Assembly: GCA_964016885.1 (NCBI GenBank)
Contig: OZ024742.1
Span: 226,610,001 to 226,674,000 of the forward strand
Length of the DNA: 64,000 nucleotides
DNA from: Eledone cirrhosa
Taxonomy: Eukaryota
Direction of reading: 5' to 3'
The notes below the pieces were generated by a model that worked only from the letters and a program-made list of their open reading frames with translations, did no database searches and had not been told where the DNA came from. Shown in pieces: positions 51,773 to 64,000 of this stretch. The translations under genes and the position numbers were made by a program. The number at the start of each line of letters is the position of its first letter. Within the stretch, counting starts at the first letter, position 1.

Positions 51773-52329
51773 CGCGCATATATTAATAAAGTACAATTGT
51801 CAGAAATATTAAAACACTGTTTACCACTTGGGTAAAAAAATATAATATTGTTTACAATTTGAATCTAACATTTTCTTCTTTCATGAGACTTGTCAAGATA
51901 CAAATTTAGTTGTTATTAAAATTGGTCAATTCTGAAGTTTCCTGTGTATCTTTAAGAAGACATATATGAACTTAATGAGAACAAATATGGTAATGAAAGG
52001 ATTAAGTAATCATATTGATGTCTCTCCACAGCCCCGACGGACAGAATGGAAAAGGCGTTTCCAGTTTAGTTTCGGAGAATTTCTTTATAAAAACTTTCTC
52101 TATTTCTAATCGGTACTTTGGATCATCTCTTAAACATTTATAAAAAGTAAATATTTTGAATTTGCAGTTCCTGCAAATTTCTAAATGTTTGCTTTATGGG
52201 ATTTTCCTTAGTTCCCGATTCGTTCACACAATGACCAATATATTTCTCTTTGCAGCTGAGATAGTCTATACAATATATCAGGCTTTTTATTTTACCTTTA
52301 GATAGTCTATACAATATATCAGGCTTTTT

Positions 52330-53360
52330 ATTTTACCTTTATCTCGAAACCTGTTTGCAAATAGTTTCAGACATCGCTACATGTCCCACAGCTGCTATCT
52401 TTTAACAGAAAATTTGAAATTATTTTTTTAATGTAAATTTTGCACGTATGATGTTTTTTTTTTCAGCTTCTATGAGTTGACGCCTGTTATTGATGATTGA
52501 AGTTTCTTTCACTGCTAGATCTTTCATTTTTGTGCTTTGGAATAAGAATTGGTAGGTCTGCCTTAATATTGGCAAATGTGATACTCATAGAGTATAGGTG
52601 CTGACAAATTGAATAATGTCTTTCTTAACTGTTTGTTTGGGAGTCCTAAATATGGATATATCCACTTCCTTTACCTATTTAATCCCGCCATCTATTAAAT
52701 TCAAGGGATATTTTTGTTGTTTAAGGAAACTCCTATCTTCATCAAAACGAATTTTCCGTAGTTCTGGCTCCACACTATTGCAGATATTTCTCATTCTCCA
52801 TGCAGTATGGGATGTTCCGTTTCGTTTGTGAGGAATGGAAAGAATAGAAGTTCAAATATTGGTGTGTGTCTGTGCTTTTATAAAATACGTCTGTTGTAAT
52901 TCTGGTGTTACATAATTTTATGAATATGCCCCCAAATTGTCGTTCTTTCTCATTGGTTTCTGTTGTGAATCTAAAGGATGGATGAATAGCATTCAAAATT
53001 GGTGAAATGTCTGTAGATTGCCATTTGATTTGTTAAAAAGAACTAAAAGTCACCGAGGAAACTTCTTTAAAATTTTAACCAAAAGTCGTTTTCACTTCGT
53101 GATATTTTTTCTTTTAGGAATCCTTTCATAAGTTTAGCACGCAAAGTTGGCTATTTTGGGGCCCGTAGACGTTCCTTTTGTTTGTCTCTACGTTTTTTTC
53201 AAACAAATTAAATATGTTTTCTTCTGATAGAAGAAATCTGTTTTGTGTTCACTTACTATGTCTGTGTTTTTCTACCTAGTATTTGATTGCTTCTAGGCCT
53301 AATGAGTGCGCCATATTACTCTAAAGATTTATTACATCGAGAATAGTTAAGATATTTTGT
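52330..53360 (-). pseudogene. Penelope-like RT fragment
   Basis: KGTSTGPKIANF; NAIHPSFRFTTE..TTDVFYKSTDTHQYLNFYSFH..KRNIPY. Confidence 0.8.
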
Positions 53361-53679
53361 CCAATGTTCTAACGACTCTGTCAATTTGCCATGTGTGTAT
53401 GTTTACTATATGTTTACGTTCCGTAACTTAGTAGTTCGATAAATAGAGGTCGTTAAAATAAGTACCTGACTTTTAAAAAATAAGTCCTGGGGTTGATATG
53501 ATCGACTACATATTTTCAAGATTGTGTCCCAACATAACTGTAGTCTAATGACTGAAACAGGCACAAAATAAAATAATATATATTTATCAAATAACAAGGT
53601 AAGACGTTTTATTGTAAACATTTAAAGATATTACATATCGATACACCCAAGGTAGACACAAAGCTGTTCAGCAGAGATT

Positions 53680-54080
53680 GATTTCTAATTTAGGCGCAAG
53701 GCCAGCAAATTTGGGGAAAGGGCAAAGTTAATTATATTGACTCCAGTACTTAAATCGTACTTAATTTTATCGACACAAAAATATGAAAGGCAATTTGGTT
53801 TGGCGGGATTTGAACCCATAATGTAAAACGTCAGAATAAATACTGCTATGGCAATTTAGCTGACGTTCTAACAATTCTGAAAATCCTTAATGTTTACTAC
53901 TTTAGGCAATTTGGTGGAAGGGGATTATCGATTATATCGACTCCAGTACTTAACGGCTACTTAATTTTATTGAACTCGGAAGGATTAAAGTTGACATCGG
54001 CAGGACTTGAACTCAGAATGTAAAAAGTCCTAATTAAATACCCCAAAGCATTTTGTCTGACACTCCACCGGTTCTGCCTC
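53680..54080 (-). mobile_element. Two tandem tRNA-derived SINEs
   Basis: two reverse copies of the TTTTATCGAC..GATTTGAAC family. Confidence 0.8.
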
Positions 54081-54461
54081 ACGATTTATAGTTCCATACT
54101 GTTGGTTTCATTGTATTAGGATTAATTGCAAAAAAGAAAAAAAAAAGTTTGTGTAACATACACTATATATATTACAGATACTGTCGTAAGAAGCGAAAGG
54201 ACCTACCTTTCGTCTCCGCTCGTGTCAGGACTGAATCTCCCTGCGTGATGCTCACCTGTTTCGCATCTGACCAGAGAGCATAGCAAAACTCACACACTCA
54301 ATCGCACCATTCATTAGAGGACGTCCACGCTCTGCCGCTGCACATGAACCAAGGGAGAGACCTGGCTCGCACTTCCGATGTTACGTCGCCGGCCCCTCAC
54401 TTACGGCAAGACCTCCTCTGCATTTTAGGCTCCCGAGCCCCATACATACATACATACATAT

Positions 54462-54830
54462 GTTAGTAACTGCCTCAATACAAATCTTGAGAAGCTAGGC
54501 TTCACAGGAACAGAAAGAACACAACTAGTTAGGAAATTACAAGTGCAATCCATTAATGGAACAGTAAAAATATGTAAAACATTCCAAAAATTTTGCATCT
54601 AATAACTGCATATACACATGTACAGATACAAAGTATATACACAAGCACACATTCAACTCAAAACATCCACATCCACACATACAATAACATCCATATCTAC
54701 ACATGCATACATACATATCTACCTAGTTGATGTTGTGTATTCCAATGAGAGAGTCTTGTGTCTATGTTAGAAACCGACTCTCTCTCTATTGGGGAAAAAA
54801 ATTTGTGAAATTATAAAACCAGAACATACA
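54462..54830 (+). mobile_element. 3' end of an R4/Dong-like RLE element
   Basis: LEKLGFTGTERTQLVRKLQVQSINGTVKICKTFQKF*; flanked by (CATA)n. Confidence 0.7.
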
Positions 54831-55089
54831 TACACACACAAACAGAAGAAAAAGGCCAGCAACTATCTTGCCCAGGTTTATGAGCACGAAGGTAATAATT
54901 GTTTCTACGTTTAGCACAAGGCCAGCAATTACCCCAGTGCATTACTGGTGCTTTATTTTATCGACCCTGTAAGGATGAAAGGCAAAGTTAACCTCGGCGG
55001 GATTTGAACTCGGAACGTAAAGGGCCATATAGCCATTGATCTAGAGGAGAGACATGGAATAAGGTCTGATATAAATCTCTCGCCCGGGA

Positions 55090-56010
55090 ACATTGAAAGA
55101 TCCCATTCAATGTTCGAACAAGATAAAAAAAAATGGACCCATTCACAGAGAAAGTCGTGCATGGGTACCCGAGATGAAAATCACAGACCATAGAGGGGAT
55201 AAATCATTCAAAAAGCCTGGTATGAAGTTCCAAGTTTATAAAATACCACCTAGAAAGATATCTCTATGCAATAGAGGAACAAGAAATCCCTACCAAATCT
55301 CTACTACACAAAATAGGAGGGACATCAGTCGACAATAAATGTAGGCTATGTAAAACAAAGATCGAAGATGTTAGCCACACTATTACCAACTGTGAAAGAA
55401 TGTTGTCTCGTCACTACCTCCCTATGAGACACTATGTGATAGCTAGAACCATCTAGAAAGCACTAAGGAAAACAAAATTAAAAACAAATGCGGAGGAATA
55501 TGTTGAAATAGATGGCACTAAAATACTGGTAGAACCTGGAAATATAAGCTGTCACTAAATTAAAGCACACATTGAAAACGTGCTTCGTTGTAGAGTTCAA
55601 CTTGTAAGAAAAATACAGGAGAAGGAGGACATATATGGACCATTGATGAGAAGTTTGCAGATCCAGTATCCAAGATACACCTCCAGGTGAATTGGCAGTA
55701 TCGGTAGAGGGTTGGAGGCCATGCTTTCTAGCATAGTTACGCCCCTTTACAGTCTGAGTTCAAATCCCGCCGAGGTTAACTTTGCCTTTCATCCTTACGG
55801 GGTCGATAAAATAAAGTACCAGTAATGTACTGGGTATTTGCTGGCCTTGTGCCTAAAGTAGAAACAATTATTATTGGAACTACAGGTTATATACCAACCC
55901 GCTTGGACCAAATTATGACTGAACTTGGATTTGTGGACAAAGAGCGCAGCTCCCTAATTCATTGACTACAAATGGCCGCGATATCTGGCACTGGTCAAAT
56001 CTGTACTCGA
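55090..56010 (+). mobile_element. R4/Dong-like RLE element fragment with a SINE insertion (55686-55872)
   Basis: diverged homolog of 62052-62835 (YLYAIEEQ, CRLCK..HTITNC, EDIYGPLMRSLQIQYP). Confidence 0.8.
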
Positions 56011-56329
56011 TATTATGAGAAAGAGAAACATACATATATACAGAAACAAATACCGTATAAAAAGGTAACACATTGTGATGGCAGGTATTTAGGCATTCCC
56101 TAGTTAGCTAGCTATATACGCGTTAAGGCACAACCTCCAGTTAACACCAGTCGTTGAAATGTGTAATGTCAAACACACACACATCCACACACACACACAT
56201 ACCTACACACACACATATATGATTAGCAGAAGTCATAATATGTTTTATATCTGCACTCCATTTTTCTTAAAGTGTGAAATTATGCAGCAGTGTTGAATAC
56301 TAGTTTCAATTAATAACATTTTATCCATA

Positions 56330-56423
<94 letters not shown>

Positions 56424-56728
56424 CACACACACACACATATATATACATACATACATACATAAAAAAAGAAAAAATATATATATATGAACACATACATAAA
56501 ACATACCCGTACTTTTAATATAAAGAGCGACCGAGGAGAAAGATAATACCAAGTTTTCAATGAAAAACGTAAAGATTTCCGCCTTTTTCTCTAACACGAC
56601 ACATCCGTCTGACACAGCACACATATGTGTGTGTGAGAAAGGGGGGAAGGAGGGGTGAGGGGAGAGCAAGAATGTTATCAAGTTTTACGAAAACATGAAA
56701 ATTTCCGCATTTTCGTCTGGTACACTGA

Positions 56729-57015
56729 CATGTGGTTATAGCGTCGGGCTTACAATCGTCAGGTTCTGAGTTCGATTCTCGGACCGGGCTTTGCGTTGTG
56801 TTCTTGAGCAAGATACTTTATTTCACTTTTCTCAAGTTCATTCAGCTGGTGCCAAGCTGTATTGGCCTTTGCCTTTCCCCTGGAGAACATCGGCGGCGTG
56901 GAGAGAGAATGATGACTGATATGCATGGGTAAAACAACCTTGGCGGACGTGTGCCTCGGAGTGAAACTTTCTAGGCGCAAATCCCATGGTCATTCGTGAC
57001 AAGAGGGGGCCCTTA
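56729..57015 (+). mobile_element. tRNA-derived SINE (second family)
   Basis: GTGGTTATAGCG..GAGTTCGATTC, then TTGTGTTCTTGAGCAAGATACTTTATTTCAC. Confidence 0.75.
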
Positions 57016-57021
57016 CTCTTT

Positions 57022-57088
<67 letters not shown>

Positions 57089-57116
57089 ATATATATATAT
57101 ATGTATGTATGTATAT

Positions 57117-57687
57117 GCGGTAAGGGTAATTATAGCAGGTACAGTGAACTTTTTAAAATTTATTTAAAAACTTTTTCTTATTTGCTAAACCTTGATTATA
57201 TATGTTCTGGCTCGTTAATTTATTAACCTGCCATAAAACCACATTGGCATACGGTTGGATAATACATGTGTCCCTATATGTATTTTGCATGTAGGGAGAC
57301 ATACTTTATTATTATTAATCTCCCCTGGTCGAGATAACATTTTGGTCGTTTTAACTGCTGCTATTTCTAGTGGCAGGACATTGACATTTCTGCCCTTGCC
57401 TTCTATCTTTACACACGGCACTAGACAAGATTGTTTCTTCATCATACACTCTCATCCGGGAACAGTTCTGTATGGCGCCAGTTCGTGATTTGAACTCGGG
57501 AATTTTATATTCTCCGAGTGAGAAGAACCCTCTGACGAAAGTCTTCTTCTCAATGGATTTCCGCATGGTTTATCCATTTATTTTGAGACTTGAAACCGCG
57601 CGGTAAGGGTAATTATAGCAGGTACAGTAAACTTTTTAAAATTTATTTTAAAACTTTTTCTTATTTGCTAAACCTTGATTATATATA
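57117..57687 (+). mobile_element. Retrozyme-like / Penelope pLTR-like tandem element, 483-nt period
   Basis: ~85-bp direct repeat starting GCGGTAAGGGT at 57117 and 57600; intact hammerhead at the junction; microsatellite flanks. Confidence 0.75.
57527..57610 (+). ncRNA. Type I hammerhead ribozyme with an extended stem II
   Basis: ACCCT - CTGACGA - AAGTCTT ...(AATGGAT/ATCCATT inner stem)... GAGACTT - GAAA - CCGCGCGG - TA (GUA site) - AGGGT. Confidence 0.85.
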
Positions 57688-57700
57688 TATATATATTTAT

Positions 57701-57925
57701 ATAGAATAGAAAACGAAAAATCAGTGATGCATCTGAACTCAATTTATTGTGTGTTACAAATGTTTCCCCGGCGGACAGCTCGAGATGCGATCATTGTGTG
57801 GATTTGTCTGATTCTGGACCCGCAGGTTCGACGGACACGTCTAATGATTTCCCGCCGGGGAAACATTTCTAACACACAATAAATTGAGTTCAGATACATC
57901 ACTTATTTTTCGTTTTCTATTCTAT
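57701..57925. mobile_element. Fold-back element, 74-bp arms (same family as 34570-34713)
   Basis: arms 57701-57774 and 57852-57925; minus strand co-linear with 34570-34713. Confidence 0.8.
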
Positions 57926-57997
57926 CATACTCTGCTCTGTAAGAGCATAGAGTGCTCAACCGGCATACCGCCTATGGAAGCATCTTAGCTACCATCA

Positions 57998-58117
<120 letters not shown>

Positions 58118-58523
58118 TATATATTTGTCACATCATCTATAAATATATTATATGGTTGCCATTATGTTTTGAGAATGCCAGACAACGCTGTTTCGAAATT
58201 TATTAATTTTTCACCAGGGCCACTCACTCAAAACTATAGTCTATATTGAATTTTGCGTGATGATCATTTTCTGGATATGCTCATTTGCATATAGCAAATA
58301 GAAAATATCGGCTGGAAATGGTCATTTGCATGAAGTGCAAATATACACCTCTATTATGCTTAAACGCTGTCTTAATGCTACTGCCAATTAAATATAGAAG
58401 TTGTGGTAGATATAGGCCAGCTGTCAAAGGGTTAAATCACTTTAGGCCAAGTCTTTTTCATTGCTTTCTGCTCATAAATGTTGGCTTTGAGTCAGTGGCC
58501 TCTATAACCACCATTACCGCCGC

Positions 58524-58570
<47 letters not shown>

Positions 58571-58668
58571 CCACCACCACCACCACCACCACCACCACCA
58601 CCACCACCATCTTCTTCTTCTTCTTCTTCTTCTTCTTCTTCTTCTTCTTCTTGATAGTGCAAGCAGAG

Positions 58669-58716
<48 letters not shown>

Positions 58717-58746
58717 ACGGGTGCAGTAGCAGTAGCAGTAGCAGTA
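58524..58746. repeat. Compound microsatellite (ATC)n(ACC)n(TTC)n..(GTA)n
   Basis: directly visible. Confidence 0.95.
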
Positions 58747-59091
58747 GGAAAAGAGTCCAATGTGCCACCACCCCCATTGTCGTGTTGTAGTTGTAGTATT
58801 AGTAAGAACTCTTTTTCTTTTGTTTGGAAGAGAGAAAACTATGTCATAGCTTTCTAAACACACAATTTTCTTGTATTATATATATATATATATAATTGTT
58901 TCTACTTTAGGCACAAGGCCAGCAATTACCCAGTGCATTACTATATATACTACAGGAAAATTGTGTGTTTAGAAAGCTATGACATAGTTTTCCCGCCGAG
59001 GTTGACTTTGCCTTTCATCCTTACAGGGTCGATAAAATAAAGTACCAGTAATGAACTGGGTAATTGGTGGCCTTGTGCCTAAAGTAGAAAC

Positions 59092-59148
<57 letters not shown>

Positions 59149-59223
59149 GAAGGAGGTGTGGTAAGGAATCAGATGGACCATAACGCACCAGAGTACTCAA
59201 TACTTAGGGTAGTAGAGTGGGTA

Positions 59224-59329
59224 ATAGGAAAATGTTTAACCCCAACGGCAGAGCTCAAGCCGTTTCGACGGCTAGTCCAGAAATAGCCGTCGAAACGGCT
59301 TGAGCTCTGCCGTCGGGGTTAAACATTTT

Positions 59330-59334
<5 letters not shown>
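59224..59334. repeat. 51-bp inverted repeat between (TA)n tracts
   Basis: arms 59224-59274 and 59284-59334 with one mismatch, 9-nt loop. Confidence 0.9.
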
Positions 59335-59366
<32 letters not shown>

Positions 59367-59509
59367 TTAAAAAGTGAGAACGGGGCTGTGTGTTTACCAA
59401 TAAATATTATTTAGAAAACGTGAGAGAAAACACAAGAACAATTCCCAACCATCGGTTGTCTTCTGTCGATCACCACTGTCTTTAATGCGTTCGAAACATT
59501 AGTGATCCA

Positions 59510-59623
<114 letters not shown>

Positions 59624-59882
59624 GCAATTATTTCATCAAGAAAAATAAAACGTCGGTATGAAGGAGATTAGGTATTTATTTACTTTATCATATGTTTCTG
59701 TGTGTGTTATAAGTGTCTACATATAATGACTACAATATATATTGTTCAATCATATGCAATACTTAATTATTTATTACATTTCATCAGAAAGCCTATAATA
59801 GTGGAAGTCAACTATTCACTACGCGGTAGAATTCTTGTTTAAGCATTCATTCCTAATATACATAAACAAAACCATATCTACC

Positions 59883-60012
<130 letters not shown>

Positions 60013-60115
60013 TATCTAGGGAGTGTAACTTGGAGTTACTGTAGGTTCACCCGGGTGAGCACTCGATGTTTAGGTTCACTATCTGTGTCGAGGTGTAGAG
60101 CTATACAGAGTGTAT

Positions 60116-60360
60116 TATATTGAAAAGATAACAAGGACGATTGGTTACTCATTCATTACATTTATTGGTTGGTGACGATCAGCTCAAGGTTCGATCTGTA
60201 TCGATCTTACTCGACTCTGTAATCTGCAGCTCGACGGACCCCTTAAAATGCTAGTAGAAAATGCATTTTCTATTAGCTGATCAGTGGCGAAACGCGCGTC
60301 ACCAACCAATAAATGTAATGAAGGAGTAACCAATCGTCCTTGTTATCTTTTCAATATATA
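60116..60360. mobile_element. Fold-back element carrying a hammerhead 3' half
   Basis: arms at about 60116-60184 and 60275-60360; GAAA-CGCGCG-TC-ACCAACC in the right arm. Confidence 0.75.
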
Positions 60361-60479
60361 CATATATATATATATGTATAGATTTTTATATATACATGCA
60401 CACACACATACATACACACATAAATCTTGCGATGAGGGCTTAAGTTGTGATCATGTCAGTTATTTGGTAGCCGTATTGG

Positions 60480-60529
60480 AACGCAAGACACTAGTGTTTC
60501 AGGATTTTCTATCCATCATCAGTGACGTT
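60480..60529 (-). ncRNA. Type I hammerhead ribozyme
   Basis: minus strand AACGTCA - CTGATGA - tGGAT agaaa ATCCt - GAAA - CACTAGTG - TC (GUC site) - TTGCGTT. Confidence 0.72.
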
Positions 60530-60844
60530 TACTTACTGAGATTAGAATAATCTATAGCTTATATAATTTTTACGTATGAAACATCTGCTGGAAATATTAA
60601 TTTGCATGTAGTAAGTGGTTGATTTAGCTTGGAATAATTATCAGTAGCACTAATACACAGTTGTGTGTGTGTGTGTATGCGCACGCGCGTGCGTGTGTGT
60701 GCATATGTGCGTGCATATATGGCATACATATGAGTATATGTGGCATACATTCTCACACACGTATACATTCACACATACACACCACACACACAGACAATGA
60801 ATATTAACACTTAATACTATTTTGAACCGGATGGCAGACAGCTG

Positions 60845-61715
60845 ATAACATTACGTAATTTCATATACAATACCATACAGCCTCACGCCGTATATATTGG
60901 ACTGTGGTAGTTAAAATAATGACTGAAGACAGACGATAACTTTACATAATCTAAAATACAACACTATATATCACCACTCCGTCCATATTGAACTTGTTGT
61001 AGTTGGAATAATGACTAAGGGCAGACGATAACTTATTTAACCTTATATACAATACCACCGTTCTGTTGAACTATAGTATTTACAATAATAATTTCTAATT
61101 AAGGCACAAAGCCAGCAATTTGTAGGAAAGAGAAAGTCAGTTATATCTGCCCCAGTCTAATGGTTCTTTGTTTCATCGACCCCAGAAGTATGAAAGGCAA
61201 AGTTGACCTCGACTGGATTTGAACTCAGGACATAAGAAATCATAACTAAATGCCATAAAGCATTTTTTCGGATGCTCTAACGATTGCCAATCCACCACCT
61301 TTGTGGCTGTTATAATAACGACTGAGGGAAGGCGATTAACATTACGTAACCTTACATATACAAAGCCCCGTCAATTGTCTTTATTTTATTTTATTTATTC
61401 TTATAATTTTAGTAGTGCGATGAAAGATTGAAGTGCCAGAGGAACCCTGAAATTCTATGGGACCGCTCATTGCTTAATACACTGTACAACACCATATTAT
61501 GTAACCTTGTGGTAGTTAGAATAATGACTGAAGGCGGACGATAACTTTATATAACCTTATATACAATACTATACATCACGACTCTGTCTATATTGGACTG
61601 TAGGGGCTAGAATAATGACTGAAGGCAGGCGATAACTTTACGTAACCTTATATACAATCCTATACACGACAACTGTGTCAATATTGGACTGTGGTAGTTA
61701 GAATAATGACTGAGT
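60845..61715 (+). repeat. 91-bp minisatellite interrupted by a SINE (61090-61280) and another insert
   Basis: AATAATGACT(G/A)A at 60921, 61012, 61526, 61617 and 61708 (spacing 91 within each block). Confidence 0.85.
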
Positions 61716-62051
61716 GTAACTACATATAAAGAAGAAGCGATTTCTCAGATGTGGCTACATCGTGTTTTACTATAACTGGCTGTGTGGTAACTGGCACACT
61801 TAGATACTTATACTCACACTCACTCTCGTTCTCATTTAACTATTTTCCCCCTCCCCGCTTTCTCTCTATTTGAGCATGAGTGTATTCTAGTACATATATA
61901 GTCCAACGCACCGATATGTACATGTGCGCATGCGTGCACACACAAATATGTGGTTATGCATGTATGTATGTTATCTCTTTCTCTTAATTTCGAGTATATT
62001 TTTTTGACCGGCCACCTTCCTGGTGGCAAGGTTGTAAAAGAAAAGAAATTG

Positions 62052-62835
62052 TCATCCCTTGAATCGCAAGAATCTTTTGCAAATTTTGAAGGTGCCAGCT
62101 ATCGCAGCCATTTGTAGACTATGAATTAGGGAGCTGCGCTCTTTGTCCGCAAATCCAAGTTCAGTCATACTTTGGTCCAAGCGGGTTGGTATATAACCCG
62201 TAGCACCAATAATGATGGGTATGAAGCTAAAGGTGTATCTTGGATACTGGATTTGTAAACTCCTCATCAATGGTCCGTAGATGTCCTCCTTCTGTATTTT
62301 TCTGACAACGTTTACATCAAGTGAGCAGCTTATCTCCACAACAGAACACGTTTTCAATGTGTGGTCCCAAACTACAATATCAGGCCGGTTGTGCTTTAAT
62401 TTGGTGGCAGTTTTTATTTTCAGGTTCCACCAGTATTCCTTAGTGCTATCTGTCTCAATATATTCCTCCTCGTTTGTTGTTAATTTTGTTTTCCGAAGTG
62501 CGTTCCAGATGGTTCTAGCTATCCCATCGTGTCTCATGGGGAGGTAGTAGCGAGATGACATTCTTTCGCAGCTGGCAACAATGTGGCTTACATCCTCGAT
62601 CTTTGTTTTACATAGCCTACATTTATTGTCAGCTGATGGTCCTCCCCTTTTGTGCAGCAGATATTTGGTAGGGAATCTTTGTTCCTGTATTGCATAGAGA
62701 TATCCCTCAAGGTGTGATGTCATAAACTTGTCGGAACTCTATGCCAGGCTTTTTGGGTGGTTTATCCCCTCTATGGTCTGTGTTTTACGTCTCAAGTATC
62801 CATGCACAACTTTTTCTGTAAATTGGTCAATTTTT
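62052..62835 (-). mobile_element. R4/Dong-like RLE retrotransposon C-terminus (CCHC finger plus restriction-like endonuclease)
   Basis: EGYLYAIQEQ; CRLCKTKIEDVSHIVASC; RHD; HNRPDIVVWD..VVEISC; IPIIIGATG; 5' junction in (CATA)n. Confidence 0.88.
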
Positions 62836-63060
62836 TGTATGTATGTATGTATGTATGTATGTATGTATGTATGTATGTATGTATGTATGTATGTATGTAT
62901 GTATGTATGTTAATGTTCGTGCGTGATCAGCTAACAATCAAGAAACTCAGAGCTGCAGTTGAGAATAATCTCAATAATACACACACGCACGCACGCACGC
63001 ACACACTGCATTATATCCTAATTAGGTATTGAGCACTTTTTCCCCACGTTTGCAAATCCA

Positions 63061-63094
<34 letters not shown>

Positions 63095-63189
63095 ATAATA
63101 AAGAGATCCCGTAAAGGTGTGAAAGCAGCGATTCTTTGCTTAAACTTTAAACTTTAATCTGTACATATAATATATATATATACACGATC

Positions 63190-63560
63190 GAGTTCTACCA
63201 AAATCAGTAGCGGACTCCCACAAGGAACTGTGTTGGGTCAACTTCTTTTCATTATCTACATAAATGACATTATAAACGTCAACAAGCACAGGAAGATAAG
63301 AATTTTCGCAGATGATTCCAATCGCCAGAAGGTCATCAATGGAGTTGGAGACTGAACATGCCTTCAATCGGTTTTGCTTGCTGTTATCCAACAAAAACAA
63401 TATGCTACTAAAACGAGGATGAATTCGAATTAATCCACTTTGGAAAAGAGGATGCATTGAAGTTACCATATTCTCTTTCCTCGGATGAAACCTTCGTTGT
63501 ATCAAATAACACCGGAGACCTTGAAGTAATTGTTGCAACAGTAATATTCCAATTAATAGC
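63190..63560 (+). pseudogene. CR1/L2/Jockey-group RT fragment
   Basis: SSGLPQGTVLGQLLFIIYINDI..RIFADDS. Confidence 0.75.
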
Positions 63561-63699
63561 ACTATCCTAACATCTACAATCCTCCACACTAACTCTTATT
63601 ATTAATCCAAACTGTAACTGTAGAAACAAGACACTCTGCCCACTAAACCGTAATTGCTTAACTGATAATATAGTGTATGGTTGCACAGTTAACACCTCT

Positions 63700-64000
63700 A
63701 CACAGACTAAATTTTACATAGGAGCTACCTCAATTAGTTTCAAAACAAGATTTAATTCCCATCTTCATTCTTTTAGAAAACCTAAATTAAAGCATATGAC
63801 ATCATTAGCTAGTTTCATCTGTAATAAAAAAAAATAAGGACATACCATATACATTTAATTGGGAAATATTAGGTAAATCCCCGTATATAAACCTAACAAT
63901 ACTATATGTAGATTATGCCTCCTTGAATCTCAACCAATTATTAATTCCAAAGCTAACATTTTAAATTAAAAAATCAGAAATTTTCTCCACTAGCCCCCAT
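63700..64000 (+). pseudogene. Penelope-like GIY-YIG C-terminal fragment (runs off the window)
   Basis: FNWEILGK..NNTICRLCLLESQPII...LN*KSEIFS. Confidence 0.6.

Noticed and set aside
60845-61715. CRISPR-like repeat/spacer array
   Set aside because: The whole unit is repeated with no unique spacers, the context is eukaryotic and there are no cas genes.

Overview
AT-rich, repeat-saturated eukaryotic DNA with no intact host protein-coding gene that I can support. The SINE families, RTE LINE tails and very long (TA)n/(CA)n/(TATG)n microsatellites point to a coleoid cephalopod, probably Octopus (inference from repeat resemblance). Almost all real ORFs are decayed transposable elements: several RTE LINEs (a tandem pair at about 41.5-48.0 kb, the second with C-terminal C2H2 zinc fingers), a Daphne/L2-like fragment, a GC-rich CRE-like RLE element, R4/Dong-like RLE elements, Penelope-like (RT/GIY-YIG) elements, a SPIN/GTF2IRD2-like hAT transposon with TIRs and TSD, a Tigger fragment, MITEs and more than 20 SINEs. 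The most striking signal is non-coding. About ten small fold-back (inverted-repeat) or tandem elements, mostly from different families, sit in or beside (TA)n microsatellites. Several of them contain type I hammerhead ribozymes that can be base-paired by hand (5512-5556, 35324-35386/35431-35493, 57527-57610, 60480-60529), plus degenerate copies. One is a 483-nt cleavage-site-to-cleavage-site tandem unit with retrozyme-like (circular RNA) architecture.
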